Shown here in pieces: positions 19,214 through 27,834 of a stretch of DNA of 36,412 bases (position 1 is the first letter of the stretch; each line of letters starts with the position of its first letter). The stretch lies in the sequence record DRR378314_541. One strand, given 5' to 3'. A model generated the notes under the pieces. The model ran no database searches. It worked only from the letters and a program-made list of their open reading frames with translations, and was not told the DNA's origin. Position numbers and translations under genes: made by a program.

Positions 19214-20647
19214 GTGAAAGACGCTGCCGACCTGACCTTTCCGGACGCCACCAGAACCCGCGCCGGGGCGCGCTGGTTCGACAGTCTCTCATTTCGTCTG
19301 TTCGGCCTTACAATTCTCGCCATACTGGTGGTGGAAGCCTTCATCTTCGTGCCGAGCGCAACGGGCCAGCGCAATGACTGGCTGACCGAACGGATCGAAG
19401 CGGCCCGGATAGCATCCCTCGCCCTTGAAGCCTCACCAGGGCGTTCGGTCTCAGAAGAATTGTCGGCTCGGCTGCTGGATCATGCCGAAGTCTGGGGTGT
19501 GGCCGAACTGGACATGGACGATGAGATGCGGTTCCAGCTGCTTCCCCCACAAATGCCGCTCAATGGTGAATTTCACGCACTCGACATGCGCGAGGCCGGA
19601 CCAATGGACCGGGTGGCCAACATGTTCGGTGCATTTTTCGCGCCAGATGACCGCATTCTTGTCGTTACAGCCGAGGGCACAGAAGAGGATCGTATCATCG
19701 AAGTCCTGCTGCCGCAGGCGCCGATGAAAGCCGAGCTGCAATCCTACGCCAGCCGTATCGCTGGCCTGTCACTGCTCATCGCGCTTGCCGCGGCCACCAT
19801 CATCTACGTCCTGCTGCACCTGCTCGTCGTTCGCCCAATGCAGCGCGTCACATTAAGCGTGGAGCAATTCCGAATGGATCCTGGATCGTGGACACGGCGC
19901 CTGCCGCATACCAAACGCCGCGACGAAATCGGCCGCGCCCAGAACGCGTTGGCCGACATGGAAAGCGCGGTGGCCGACAGTTTCCGTCAGCGCTCTCATC
20001 TGGCAGAACTCGGCACGGCGGTTGCGAAGATCAACCATGATTTGCGCAACTCGCTGGCATCGGCCCAGCTCGTTTCCGATTCTCTCGCCCGGTCTGAGGA
20101 TGTCCGTGTACAAAAGGCTGCCCCAAGGCTTGAGCGTGCCCTGACCCGCGCCATCACGCTCGCCACCGATACGTTGGACTATGGCAAGGCCATGCCTCAG
20201 CCCGCCGAACCTGAACAGATTGATCTCAAGCAGGCGCTCGACGAAGCTGCCGATGAAGCGCTGGCAGCATGGCCGTCTGTTGAGTTCATCAACAATGTAC
20301 ACATGCTGGAACATGTCCTGGCGGACCCTGACCACTTACACCGCATCGCCGCGAATTTGATCCGCAACGCCGCCGAAGCCATGTCTGCGGCCGGGTCTGA
20401 TCCATCCCGGATTTTTGTAAGCCTGGAATCAGGCATAATCGTCTTTACAGATACAGGTCCGGGCCTGCCGGAAAAAGCCGCGGCAAATTTGTTTACCCCC
20501 TTCGCCGCGACGACCCGTCAGAGCGGAACAGGCCTTGGCCTCGTCATTGCGCGCGAGCTTGCCCAGTCCATGGGCGGCGACCTGACCCTTGCTGAAACAG
20601 GGCCGGAGGGATCCGTATTCCACCTCACACTTCCGCCACAGGACTGA
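19214..20647 (+). CDS. HAMP-domain sensor histidine kinase (orphan in this window)
   Basis: Two TMs around a periplasmic domain; HAMP (RRDEIG); H-box NHDLRN; NLIRNA, DTGPG, LFTPF, GTGLGL. Confidence 0.95.
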   Translation: MKDAADLTFPDATRTRAGARWFDSLSFRLFGLTILAILVVEAFIFVPSATGQRNDWLTERIEAARIASLALEASPGRSVSEELSARLLDHAEVWGVAELDMDDEMRFQLLPPQMPLNGEFHALDMREAGPMDRVANMFGAFFAPDDRILVVTAEGTEEDRIIEVLLPQAPMKAELQSYASRIAGLSLLIALAAATIIYVLLHLLVVRPMQRVTLSVEQFRMDPGSWTRRLPHTKRRDEIGRAQNALADMESAVADSFRQRSHLAELGTAVAKINHDLRNSLASAQLVSDSLARSEDVRVQKAAPRLERALTRAITLATDTLDYGKAMPQPAEPEQIDLKQALDEAADEALAAWPSVEFINNVHMLEHVLADPDHLHRIAANLIRNAAEAMSAAGSDPSRIFVSLESGIIVFTDTGPGLPEKAAANLFTPFAATTRQSGTGLGLVIARELAQSMGGDLTLAETGPEGSVFHLTLPPQD

Positions 20648-20657
20648 CACAAAGCGC

Positions 20658-20682
20658 GGAACCAAGCCGCGCGGAATGCATT
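20658..20682 (+). promoter_or_regulatory. Putative sigma-EcfG promoter
   Basis: GGAAC(20658-20662)-N16-CATT(20679-20682), upstream of ATG 20701/20710. Confidence 0.7.
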
Positions 20683-20700
20683 GGTTCATCATACAAACGG

Positions 20701-21195
20701 ATGGACCCCATGACCCCTGAAACCATTGTTTCTGCACTATTTTCCACGAGCGCTGCAGCCGCAGCCGGATTGGCTGTCATGCTCCAGCCTACGCTGCCCC
20801 GACCCGATGTTCAGCCGGTCGACCATTTTCAGGAAGCGGACTTTTCGATCTACGATCGGGACTTCACGCTTCAGGGTCGCGAGTGTGATATCGGCATAAA
20901 GCGGCGTGGTATATGCCTCAGCAAATCACCGCTGGAAGATACCATTGTTCCGGGGCGTGTGCTTCCAGTGGAAATCCCGGCGACGAGCGCAGAATTTCCC
21001 ATCATACTGGAAGCCCCCCTTAAGGCACCCCACCTACAGACTGTGCGGTTTGGCCACCGTATTGCCTTGTTTAATCCGGATACGCGCGAAATCGTCGACG
21101 TGATCGACTTGACCGCCCAGAGTTTTGCAAACGCCAGAGTGTCCGATCGGCAAAAGGCGGAACTCGAAGGCACACCTGACGCACAAACCAGCTAA
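20701..21195 (+). CDS. Hypothetical exported/anchored protein with a DUF1236/RcnB-like C-terminal segment (start may be 20710)
   Basis: Hydrophobic N-terminus; IVPGRVLP...VRFGHRIALFNPDTREIVDVI pattern. Confidence 0.65.
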   Translation: MDPMTPETIVSALFSTSAAAAAGLAVMLQPTLPRPDVQPVDHFQEADFSIYDRDFTLQGRECDIGIKRRGICLSKSPLEDTIVPGRVLPVEIPATSAEFPIILEAPLKAPHLQTVRFGHRIALFNPDTREIVDVIDLTAQSFANARVSDRQKAELEGTPDAQTS

Positions 21196-21218
21196 GTCAA
21201 TCAGGTCGTATAGTCGAA

Positions 21219-21258
21219 CAAAAGAAAAGCCAGCCTCGAGAGGCTGGCTTCTGCTTTT
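21219..21258. terminator. Rho-independent terminator, probably bidirectional
   Basis: AAGCCAGCCT-CGAG-AGGCTGGCTT perfect 10-bp stem (21227-21250) with an A-tract on the left and a T-rich tract on the right, between convergent genes. Confidence 0.85.
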
Positions 21259-21272
21259 GCATGACAGGAAGA

Positions 21273-21413
21273 TTAGTTCGCTTCATCTTCCACTTCGTCA
21301 GCGGCTTCATCAACTTCTTCGCCGAATTCTTCAACCGGACCATCATTCGTGTCACACGCGGCCAGCCCGAATGCGCCAAGACCGAACAAAATTGCAATAA
21401 GTGGCTTTTTCAT
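21273..21413 (-). CDS. Small acidic lipoprotein (46 aa)
   Basis: MKKPLIAILFGLGAFGLAA-CDTNDGPVEEFGEEVDEAADEVEDEAN; lipobox LAAC; RBS AAAGGAG; own promoter and terminator. Confidence 0.88.
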   Translation of the reverse strand: MKKPLIAILFGLGAFGLAACDTNDGPVEEFGEEVDEAADEVEDEAN

Positions 21414-21464
21414 TTCCGTAACTCCTTTATCAGTCAGCCCCCAGAGAGAAGGCGTCCTCCTGCA

Positions 21465-21489
21465 AACGTGCTTGGGTGGGACTGGTTCC
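21465..21489 (-). promoter_or_regulatory. Sigma-EcfG promoter (perfect consensus)
   Basis: Minus strand GGAAC-cagtcccacccaagca(16)-CGTT, upstream of the small lipoprotein. Confidence 0.85.
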
Positions 21490-21506
21490 GAAAGAACAGG
21501 ATTGGT

Positions 21507-22166
21507 TTGGCTCATAATTACGCCCCTCCCCCGGATGATCCCGAAATTGTCCACGCAGACGACTGGCTGATCGTCATCGACAAACCGTCAGGGCTCCTGT
21601 CTGTACCGGGTCGTGGACCGGATAAAGCTGACTGCGCGATATCCCGCATCCAGAAAGCCTGGCCAGATGCGCTCACCGTCCACCGCTTGGACATGTCTAC
21701 GAGCGGTCTGCTGCTGTTCGCGCGGTCAAAAGATGCGCAGAGGGAATTGTCGCGCCAGTTTGAGGCTGGCCGCGTGGAGAAAACCTACATCGCAGATGTC
21801 TGGGGCCGGCCCGATTCCCAGCATGGCCTCGTTGATCTCCCCCTGATCACTGACTGGCCAAACCGGCCCCGGCAGAAAGTCGACCGAGAAATCGGAAAGC
21901 CCAGCCAGACCCGGTACGTGATCTCCCAATCCAGTGCTGTCGCCAGCCGCATGAGCCTGACCCCACTCACCGGGCGCTCCCACCAGCTTCGCGTTCACAT
22001 GGCCGAACTCGGTCACCCGATCCTGGGCGATGAGCTGTACGCCCACGATGAAGCTGAAAGGATTGTCACACGGCTGCATCTGCACGCGGCGGAATTAGCC
22101 TTCACCCATCCGCAGTCTGGATCCCCCATGCGGTTTCAATCTCCCTGCCCTTTCAATCTGCCTTGA
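21507..22166 (+). CDS. RluA family pseudouridine synthase (probable TTG start)
   Basis: DKPSGLLSVPGRG, VHRLDMSTSG, LTGRSHQLRVH, GHPILGD..Y, RLHLHA. Confidence 0.93.
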   Translation: MAHNYAPPPDDPEIVHADDWLIVIDKPSGLLSVPGRGPDKADCAISRIQKAWPDALTVHRLDMSTSGLLLFARSKDAQRELSRQFEAGRVEKTYIADVWGRPDSQHGLVDLPLITDWPNRPRQKVDREIGKPSQTRYVISQSSAVASRMSLTPLTGRSHQLRVHMAELGHPILGDELYAHDEAERIVTRLHLHAAELAFTHPQSGSPMRFQSPCPFNLP

Positions 22167-22215
22167 CGGACCGCCTGCAAGGAATTATCGTTTTTCGATA
22201 ATGGGAGATTCCACG

Positions 22216-22644
22216 ATGCACGCTGAAATTGTTCGCCTGTCGCTGCACCATGTCGATATCAAGATCGTCAAGGACGACAAGATGCATGTCCTTCAATGGC
22301 GCCGCAATCTGCTTTGGGACGAAGTTCTGCTTGATGGAAAACGCCAAGCCTCCAGCCACGGCCTGTTCGGGCGCGAAAAAGTCTACGGGCTCGTATTCGG
22401 ACGAGATGTGGAAGGGCGCGGTGGGGAACAAGTCATGTTGCTGCTCGACACCTCCACCCATGCCGACTGGACCGACGGCACCCAGCGCGTAAAGGGCGTT
22501 CGCCTCGAGGGGCGTGACGGACCACTGGTTGCGTTTGGTTCGCTTGATCCGAAGAATCTGGAAAAGCCGGCAACGTTTGGAGACTGGATGAAAAAGAATA
22601 TGGGCATGGAATGGGGCGACCCGCCATCGAGCCGCCCGCATTGA
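22216..22644 (+). CDS. Hypothetical protein (alternative start 22201)
   Basis: GGGAG RBS before ATG 22216; fills the gap between rluA and the OmpA-family gene; no motif recognised. Confidence 0.7.
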   Translation: MHAEIVRLSLHHVDIKIVKDDKMHVLQWRRNLLWDEVLLDGKRQASSHGLFGREKVYGLVFGRDVEGRGGEQVMLLLDTSTHADWTDGTQRVKGVRLEGRDGPLVAFGSLDPKNLEKPATFGDWMKKNMGMEWGDPPSSRPH

Positions 22645-22649
22645 TCCTA

Positions 22650-23120
22650 TCAAGAGTCGCGTGATTGCGAGGCCACTGGCACCAGACGCACGGTAGCTTT
22701 CCGGTTCAACGGCTCGATCAATCCGTTCGCTGCATAAGCACGCGCCTGGCCTTTCGGCATGATGGCGATCTGCTCCGCTGAGATATCGCGCGCCTCAAGC
22801 GCGGCTGTGACGGATTCGGCGCGGTCCTCTGAAACCTTCTCGTTCAGGTCCTCCGGGCCTGTCGCGTCGGCATGACCGGCGACTTCGATCCGGAAATACT
22901 CACACCGGGCGGAATCCGCCGCAACTGCATCGAGTACCGCTTCAGCCTGATCTCCAAGCTGGGTGACACCGCGCTCGAAGTAGATCGTGAATTCCTCTGT
23001 CGCACAGGCGGCCGGGGCCGGGTCGTAAGTGACCGGCTCCTGCGGTGGCGCTGGCAAGTCTGCATGAGCCGCCAGGGCCGTCATAGCGGCGGACATAAGG
23101 GTCAGGCTGGCGATTTTCAT
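22650..23120 (-). CDS. OmpA-like peptidoglycan-binding domain protein
   Basis: Signal peptide (AHA-D); IYFERG, IEVAGHADATG..N..VSEDRAESV, NRK. Confidence 0.9.
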   Translation of the reverse strand: MKIASLTLMSAAMTALAAHADLPAPPQEPVTYDPAPAACATEEFTIYFERGVTQLGDQAEAVLDAVAADSARCEYFRIEVAGHADATGPEDLNEKVSEDRAESVTAALEARDISAEQIAIMPKGQARAYAANGLIEPLNRKATVRLVPVASQSRDS

Positions 23121-23151
23121 CTTTGTCTCCGTTGGTGACTACGCCAATAGA

Positions 23152-23176
23152 AACGTCACTTTCGCAGCCCGGTTCC
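23152..23176 (-). promoter_or_regulatory. Sigma-EcfG promoter (perfect consensus)
   Basis: Minus strand GGAAC-cgggctgcgaaagtga(16)-CGTT, directly after the hrpB stop and upstream of the OmpA-family gene. Confidence 0.85.
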
Positions 23177-25618
23177 TCACAATCTTTTCTTCGTGCGCCC
23201 TTCATGGGCCTTGGCATTGGCCGGATCGGCCGGCCAGTCATGCTTCGGATACCGCCCGCGCATGTCCTTCGCCATGTCCAGGTAACCCGCCCCCCAGAAC
23301 CGTCCGAGGTCCTGTGTGGTGGCCACAGGTTTCATACCTGGCGAGAGCATTTCCACGGTCACGGGCACCCGTTCGGCGGCCAGTTTCGGATGCAAACTCA
23401 GTCCAAAGAAGGCCTGCGCCCGCGCCGAGACCAGCGGCGCACGATCATCCAGATAGTCGACCTGCGCCGTCTGGCCGGAGGGCAATGACAGGCTGAGCGG
23501 CGCATCCTTGCGCAGCGCCTCCTGAACCGGCCAGTCGAGCGACGCGATCAATGCCTCGCCTACCTCATGCCCAGCCGGCACCTGCGCGCCCTTGCGGTTC
23601 AACAGCGGCAACAGCCAATCTCCGGCACTGGCGATTAAGGCCTCCGCTTCGAGCGCCACTGGCGCAATGCAATCTGCGCGCTCCAGCATTGCAATGCGCG
23701 CCAGCGTCTCGCGCACCACATCGTCCGCACCAATTGCGGCAAAGCCCCCTTCGCGGACCGCATCCAGCATGGCCCGCGCGGCCACAGCAGCGCTCGGCTT
23801 TGGAAGCGGACTTTCCGACAGGACAATTGCACCCAGCGCCTTCACCCTCCTGGCCGTGAACTTTCCGGTTTTCGGGTCAAAGCTCGCCCGGTCTTCAGAT
23901 ACAACGCCACCAATTTCCAACGCGTCTGCCTCAGATATCGGGGCCGCCAATGAGATGCGCGCCTCTTTCGCGGCGCCGCCGAGATCAGCGATCACCAGCC
24001 AGTCCTGTTTCGCCAGCGCTTCGGTCTCCGGCAACATGGCCGCGCGGCCAGAGGCCATCAGATAACTGCCCGTGCTTCCGGGGCGTTTGCGGGCGATCTG
24101 GTCCGGCCAGGCGCGTGCCAGCAAACTCGCCAGATTCCCGTCGGGCGCAGCCCCCTTCCCCCAAGCCTTCGCCTGCGCCTTCAGGCTGCGCGCCCTTGGC
24201 GAGCCATCCCTGCGAAATCCGGCCAACCGGTCGCGCAGATCGGGTGAGTTGCCGCCCATGCCCCGCTCCCCGGCAAGCGCCGCGATCTCCGCCGCCAAGG
24301 CGCGTTCCTGTGGCGTGGGCGCACCGGCCACCAGTGCCCCAAGCCGAGGCGGCAAGGGCAGCCGCGCCATTTCCGAACCCAGCGCTGTCAACGCGCCATC
24401 CTGATCAATTGCGCCCAACGTCGTCAGCAAGGCTTGCGCCGCCTTCAACCGCCCGGCTGGCGGCGCGTCCATCCAGGTCAGGCGCGTTGCGTCCCGCTCG
24501 CCCCATTCCGCCAGCGCCAGCACGAGGCCAGACAAATCACTCTTCAAGATCTCCGGCACAGGCGCAGGCATCAGGCCCCGTGTCGCCGCCTCGTCCCACA
24601 GGCGGTAACATACCCCCGGCGACAATCGCCCCGCCCGGCCTCGCCGTTGATCAACTGACGCGCGGGATGCCTTCACGGTCGACAGGCGCGTGCCAAGCCC
24701 CCCAGCGGCATCTTCAGCGACGCGCGACAACCCGGAATCTATCACGATCCGAACGCCTTCTATGGTCAGCGCGCTTTCGGCGATATCGGTCGCGAGCACC
24801 ACTTTCCGCATCCCCTCCGGCGCGGGCGAAACAGCCGCGTCCTGTTCCGCAGGGCTGAGCGCTCCGAAAAGCGGCGCAACCCGTACACTGTCCGGCACGC
24901 GCTCCAACTGCTCCGCCGTACGCTGGATTTCGCGCGCGCCCGGCAAGAAAGCGAGGATAGACCCCTCTTCCTCGCGCAATGCCTTGCGAACGGCTGACGC
25001 CATCCGGTCCTCAATCCGGTCCTGCGACCGACCCAGATAGCGCGTCTCGACCGGATATTGCCGCCCCTGGCTTTCAACCACCGGAGCCCCCAAGACACTG
25101 GATACCTTTTCTGTATCGAGCGTAGCGGACATGATCAGCAGCTTGAGATCATCCCGAAGCGCGCCCTGCGCTTCCATCGCCAACGACAGTCCCAAATCCG
25201 AATTCAGCCTGCGCTCATGAAACTCGTCAAAGATGACTGCGCCGATTCCGGTCAGTTCGGGGTCTGACAGAATACGCCGTGTAAACAGGCCATCGGTGAT
25301 GACCTCCACCCGCGTCGCATCTGAGACCTTGCGGTCCACACGCGTTGTCAGGCCGACCGACTGCCCGAGTTTCTCGCCAAGAGACTTCGCCATCTGTTGC
25401 GCGGCCATTCGCGCGGCGATGCGCCGTGGCTCCAGCATGAGGATCTTGCCGTCGATCACCGCCGCTTCATCCAGCAATCCCGCCAGCGCCAGAGGCACCC
25501 GCGTGGTCTTGCCCGCGCCGGGGGGCGCGGCAAGCACCAGTCGCGAATGCGCGCTGAGGCCGGAACAGATCTCAGCCAGCACATCATCGATCGGCAGGGA
25601 TGGACGCGTTACACTCAC
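23177..25618 (-). CDS. hrpB: ATP-dependent helicase HrpB (start approximate, GTG)
   Basis: APPGAGKTT, EPRRIAAR, DEFHER, MSAT, QRRGRAGR, C-terminal GRYPKHDWP. Confidence 0.96.
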   Translation of the reverse strand: MSVTRPSLPIDDVLAEICSGLSAHSRLVLAAPPGAGKTTRVPLALAGLLDEAAVIDGKILMLEPRRIAARMAAQQMAKSLGEKLGQSVGLTTRVDRKVSDATRVEVITDGLFTRRILSDPELTGIGAVIFDEFHERRLNSDLGLSLAMEAQGALRDDLKLLIMSATLDTEKVSSVLGAPVVESQGRQYPVETRYLGRSQDRIEDRMASAVRKALREEEGSILAFLPGAREIQRTAEQLERVPDSVRVAPLFGALSPAEQDAAVSPAPEGMRKVVLATDIAESALTIEGVRIVIDSGLSRVAEDAAGGLGTRLSTVKASRASVDQRRGRAGRLSPGVCYRLWDEAATRGLMPAPVPEILKSDLSGLVLALAEWGERDATRLTWMDAPPAGRLKAAQALLTTLGAIDQDGALTALGSEMARLPLPPRLGALVAGAPTPQERALAAEIAALAGERGMGGNSPDLRDRLAGFRRDGSPRARSLKAQAKAWGKGAAPDGNLASLLARAWPDQIARKRPGSTGSYLMASGRAAMLPETEALAKQDWLVIADLGGAAKEARISLAAPISEADALEIGGVVSEDRASFDPKTGKFTARRVKALGAIVLSESPLPKPSAAVAARAMLDAVREGGFAAIGADDVVRETLARIAMLERADCIAPVALEAEALIASAGDWLLPLLNRKGAQVPAGHEVGEALIASLDWPVQEALRKDAPLSLSLPSGQTAQVDYLDDRAPLVSARAQAFFGLSLHPKLAAERVPVTVEMLSPGMKPVATTQDLGRFWGAGYLDMAKDMRGRYPKHDWPADPANAKAHEGRTKKRL

Positions 25619-25739
25619 CCCAGCCTGATAGGCGTTTCGACATCCGGCTGGCAAGCTGCAGGAATGCGCCGGGCCGCAATTGCTTTCACACGCGGCGCGG
25701 CCTACCGTCTGGCGCTAATCGGGGCAGGAGGCAGCGCTC

Positions 25740-27053
25740 ATGAAATGGTGGTTTGGCATTGATCTCTGGAAACGCGTGATCGCGGGGCTCGTGCTCGGCG
25801 CCGCAGTTGGTCTCGGCCTTCGCTATGGCCTCGGCCCCGAAGCCGCCAGCGCCAATGTCACCGCCTGGGCCAAGCCAATCGGTGACGCGTTCATCAGTCT
25901 GATCAAGATGCTGGTCGTTCCGCTGATCTTCACGACGCTCCTGTCCGGCGTGCTTGCCATGGGGGATCCGAAGAAGCTGGGCAGCCTCGGCGGACGCGCC
26001 CTGCTCATGTATATGGGCACCACGATCGTTGCGGTGAGTTTCGGCCTCCTCATGGGGACGCTGATCCAGCCCGGCGCAGGTTTTGATCTGTCCATCGCCT
26101 CGGCCTCCGATATCGCCGAAGCCAAGGCACGCCTTGATGCCAACCCGCAGCCGGGCAGCGTCGGCGAGCAATTGATGAACACACTGCTCTCCATCATCCC
26201 GACCAATCCGGTCGCTGCCCTGACGAATGGCGACGTGCTGCAAATCATCTTCTTCGCAATCATGCTGGGAATCGGCATCCTGATGACGGGCGAGGCCGGC
26301 AAGCCACTCGCCAATGTCATCAATAGTGCCGCTGAAGCCGTCATGAAGCTAACGCTGATCGTCATGGAAACCGCGCCATTTGGGGTTTTCGCCCTGATGG
26401 CTTGGGTACTCGGCGAGCGCGGCCTGGATATTCTCGTCTTCCTCGGCAAGCTGACCCTGACGCATTATCTCGCCTGCATCCTGCACATTCTGATCACATA
26501 TGGCCTGATCGTGCGCGGCGGCTTGCGCCTGCCACTTATCCCCTTCTTCCGCGGCGCAGTAGACGCACAGGCCGTGGCCTTCTCGACTTCATCCTCCAAT
26601 GCCACACTGCCCATGACGATCTCCTGCGCGCGGGAAAACCTCGGCATCGGCAAGCCGGTTGCCTCCTCGGTCCTGCCGCTGGGCGCGACCATCAATATGG
26701 ACGGTACAGCGCTGTATCAGGGCGTGATTGCCCTGTTCGCCGCGCAGGCCATGGGCACGCCCATGACGGCCGGCATGTATCTGACCATCATTCTGATGGC
26801 GACGCTGGTTTCCATCGGCACGGCAGGCATTCCGTCTGTCAGCCTGTTCCTCGCCGCAACGACGCTCAGCGTCATCGGCGCGACGCCGGAACAGATTGTC
26901 GTCGTCATTGCTGTTCTCTTCCCGTTTGACCGAATCCTGGACATGATGCGCACGGTGACCAACGTGACCGGAGACCTGACGGTCGCCACGGCGGTGGCGA
27001 AATGGGAAGGCGAGCTGGACGAAGAGATCTTCCGCGCCCGCGACCCGGTCTGA
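25740..27053 (+). CDS. Dicarboxylate/amino acid:cation symporter (DAACS, GltP-like)
   Basis: LIKMLVVPL, FSTSSSNATLP, GATINMDGT, DRILDMMRTVTNVTGD. Confidence 0.95.
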   Translation: MKWWFGIDLWKRVIAGLVLGAAVGLGLRYGLGPEAASANVTAWAKPIGDAFISLIKMLVVPLIFTTLLSGVLAMGDPKKLGSLGGRALLMYMGTTIVAVSFGLLMGTLIQPGAGFDLSIASASDIAEAKARLDANPQPGSVGEQLMNTLLSIIPTNPVAALTNGDVLQIIFFAIMLGIGILMTGEAGKPLANVINSAAEAVMKLTLIVMETAPFGVFALMAWVLGERGLDILVFLGKLTLTHYLACILHILITYGLIVRGGLRLPLIPFFRGAVDAQAVAFSTSSSNATLPMTISCARENLGIGKPVASSVLPLGATINMDGTALYQGVIALFAAQAMGTPMTAGMYLTIILMATLVSIGTAGIPSVSLFLAATTLSVIGATPEQIVVVIAVLFPFDRILDMMRTVTNVTGDLTVATAVAKWEGELDEEIFRARDPV

Positions 27054-27155
27054 CCAGCTTGTTCCAGTCGAACTGATACTTCTCACGTCTTGGTCATGTT
27101 CAGTTCAACAAACGATTGTTACCCCTAACCCATGTTAAGCCAAACGGAGGTGGGA

Positions 27156-27797
27156 ATGGCTGGTATCAATCTTTTCGACATGCTGACGCAAACCAATAAT
27201 GGCGCTGCCGTGCAGCAAGTGGGTCAGCAAACAGGGCTGCAGCCGGACATGGCGCAAGCAGCGATCAAGGCACTGTTGCCAGCGATTGCCGGCGGTCTTC
27301 AGCGCAATGTGCAACAGCCCGGCGGCCTGCAATCCTTGCTCGGCGCGCTGCAAAATGGCCAGCACGAACAGTATCTCGACCAGCCAGAAACGCTCGGCAC
27401 GGCAGACTCTATCGCGGACGGAAATGCCATTCTCGGCCACCTTCTCGGTTCCAAGGATACAAGCCGCGCCGTCGCGGCCCAGGCCGCCCAGAAAACCGGG
27501 CTCAGCGAGCAGGTCCTGAAATCCATCCTGCCAATGGTGGCGTCGATGGCGATGGCCTCCCTGTCGAAACAGACCAAACAGTCAAACCTCGGCGGCGCTT
27601 TGGCGGGCATGCTCAGTGGGCAGCAGCCACAGCCTGGCCAATCCGGCCTTGGCGGCATGCTCGGCGGGCTTCTTGGCGGCGGCTCCAAAGCCCCTTCCCA
27701 GTCCGGCGCAATGGGTATGCTTGGCGGCTTGCTCGACGCTGATGGCGACGGCAACGCAATGGATGACATTTTCCAGATGGTGATGAACCGCCAATAG
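27156..27797 (+). CDS. DUF937 (YidB-like) domain protein
   Basis: GNAILGHLLG, Gly-rich tail ending in LDADGDG..MDD; RBS GGAGG before ATG 27156. Confidence 0.85.
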   Translation: MAGINLFDMLTQTNNGAAVQQVGQQTGLQPDMAQAAIKALLPAIAGGLQRNVQQPGGLQSLLGALQNGQHEQYLDQPETLGTADSIADGNAILGHLLGSKDTSRAVAAQAAQKTGLSEQVLKSILPMVASMAMASLSKQTKQSNLGGALAGMLSGQQPQPGQSGLGGMLGGLLGGGSKAPSQSGAMGMLGGLLDADGDGNAMDDIFQMVMNRQ

Positions 27798-27801
27798 GCT
27801 T

Positions 27802-27826
27802 GGAACCGGGCATGGCATGGGGCATT
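27802..27826 (+). promoter_or_regulatory. Putative sigma-EcfG promoter (likely leaderless transcript)
   Basis: GGAAC(27802-27806)-N16-CATT(27823-27826), 8 nt before ATG 27835, with no SD in between. Confidence 0.7.
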
Positions 27827-27834
27827 GAACCCCC

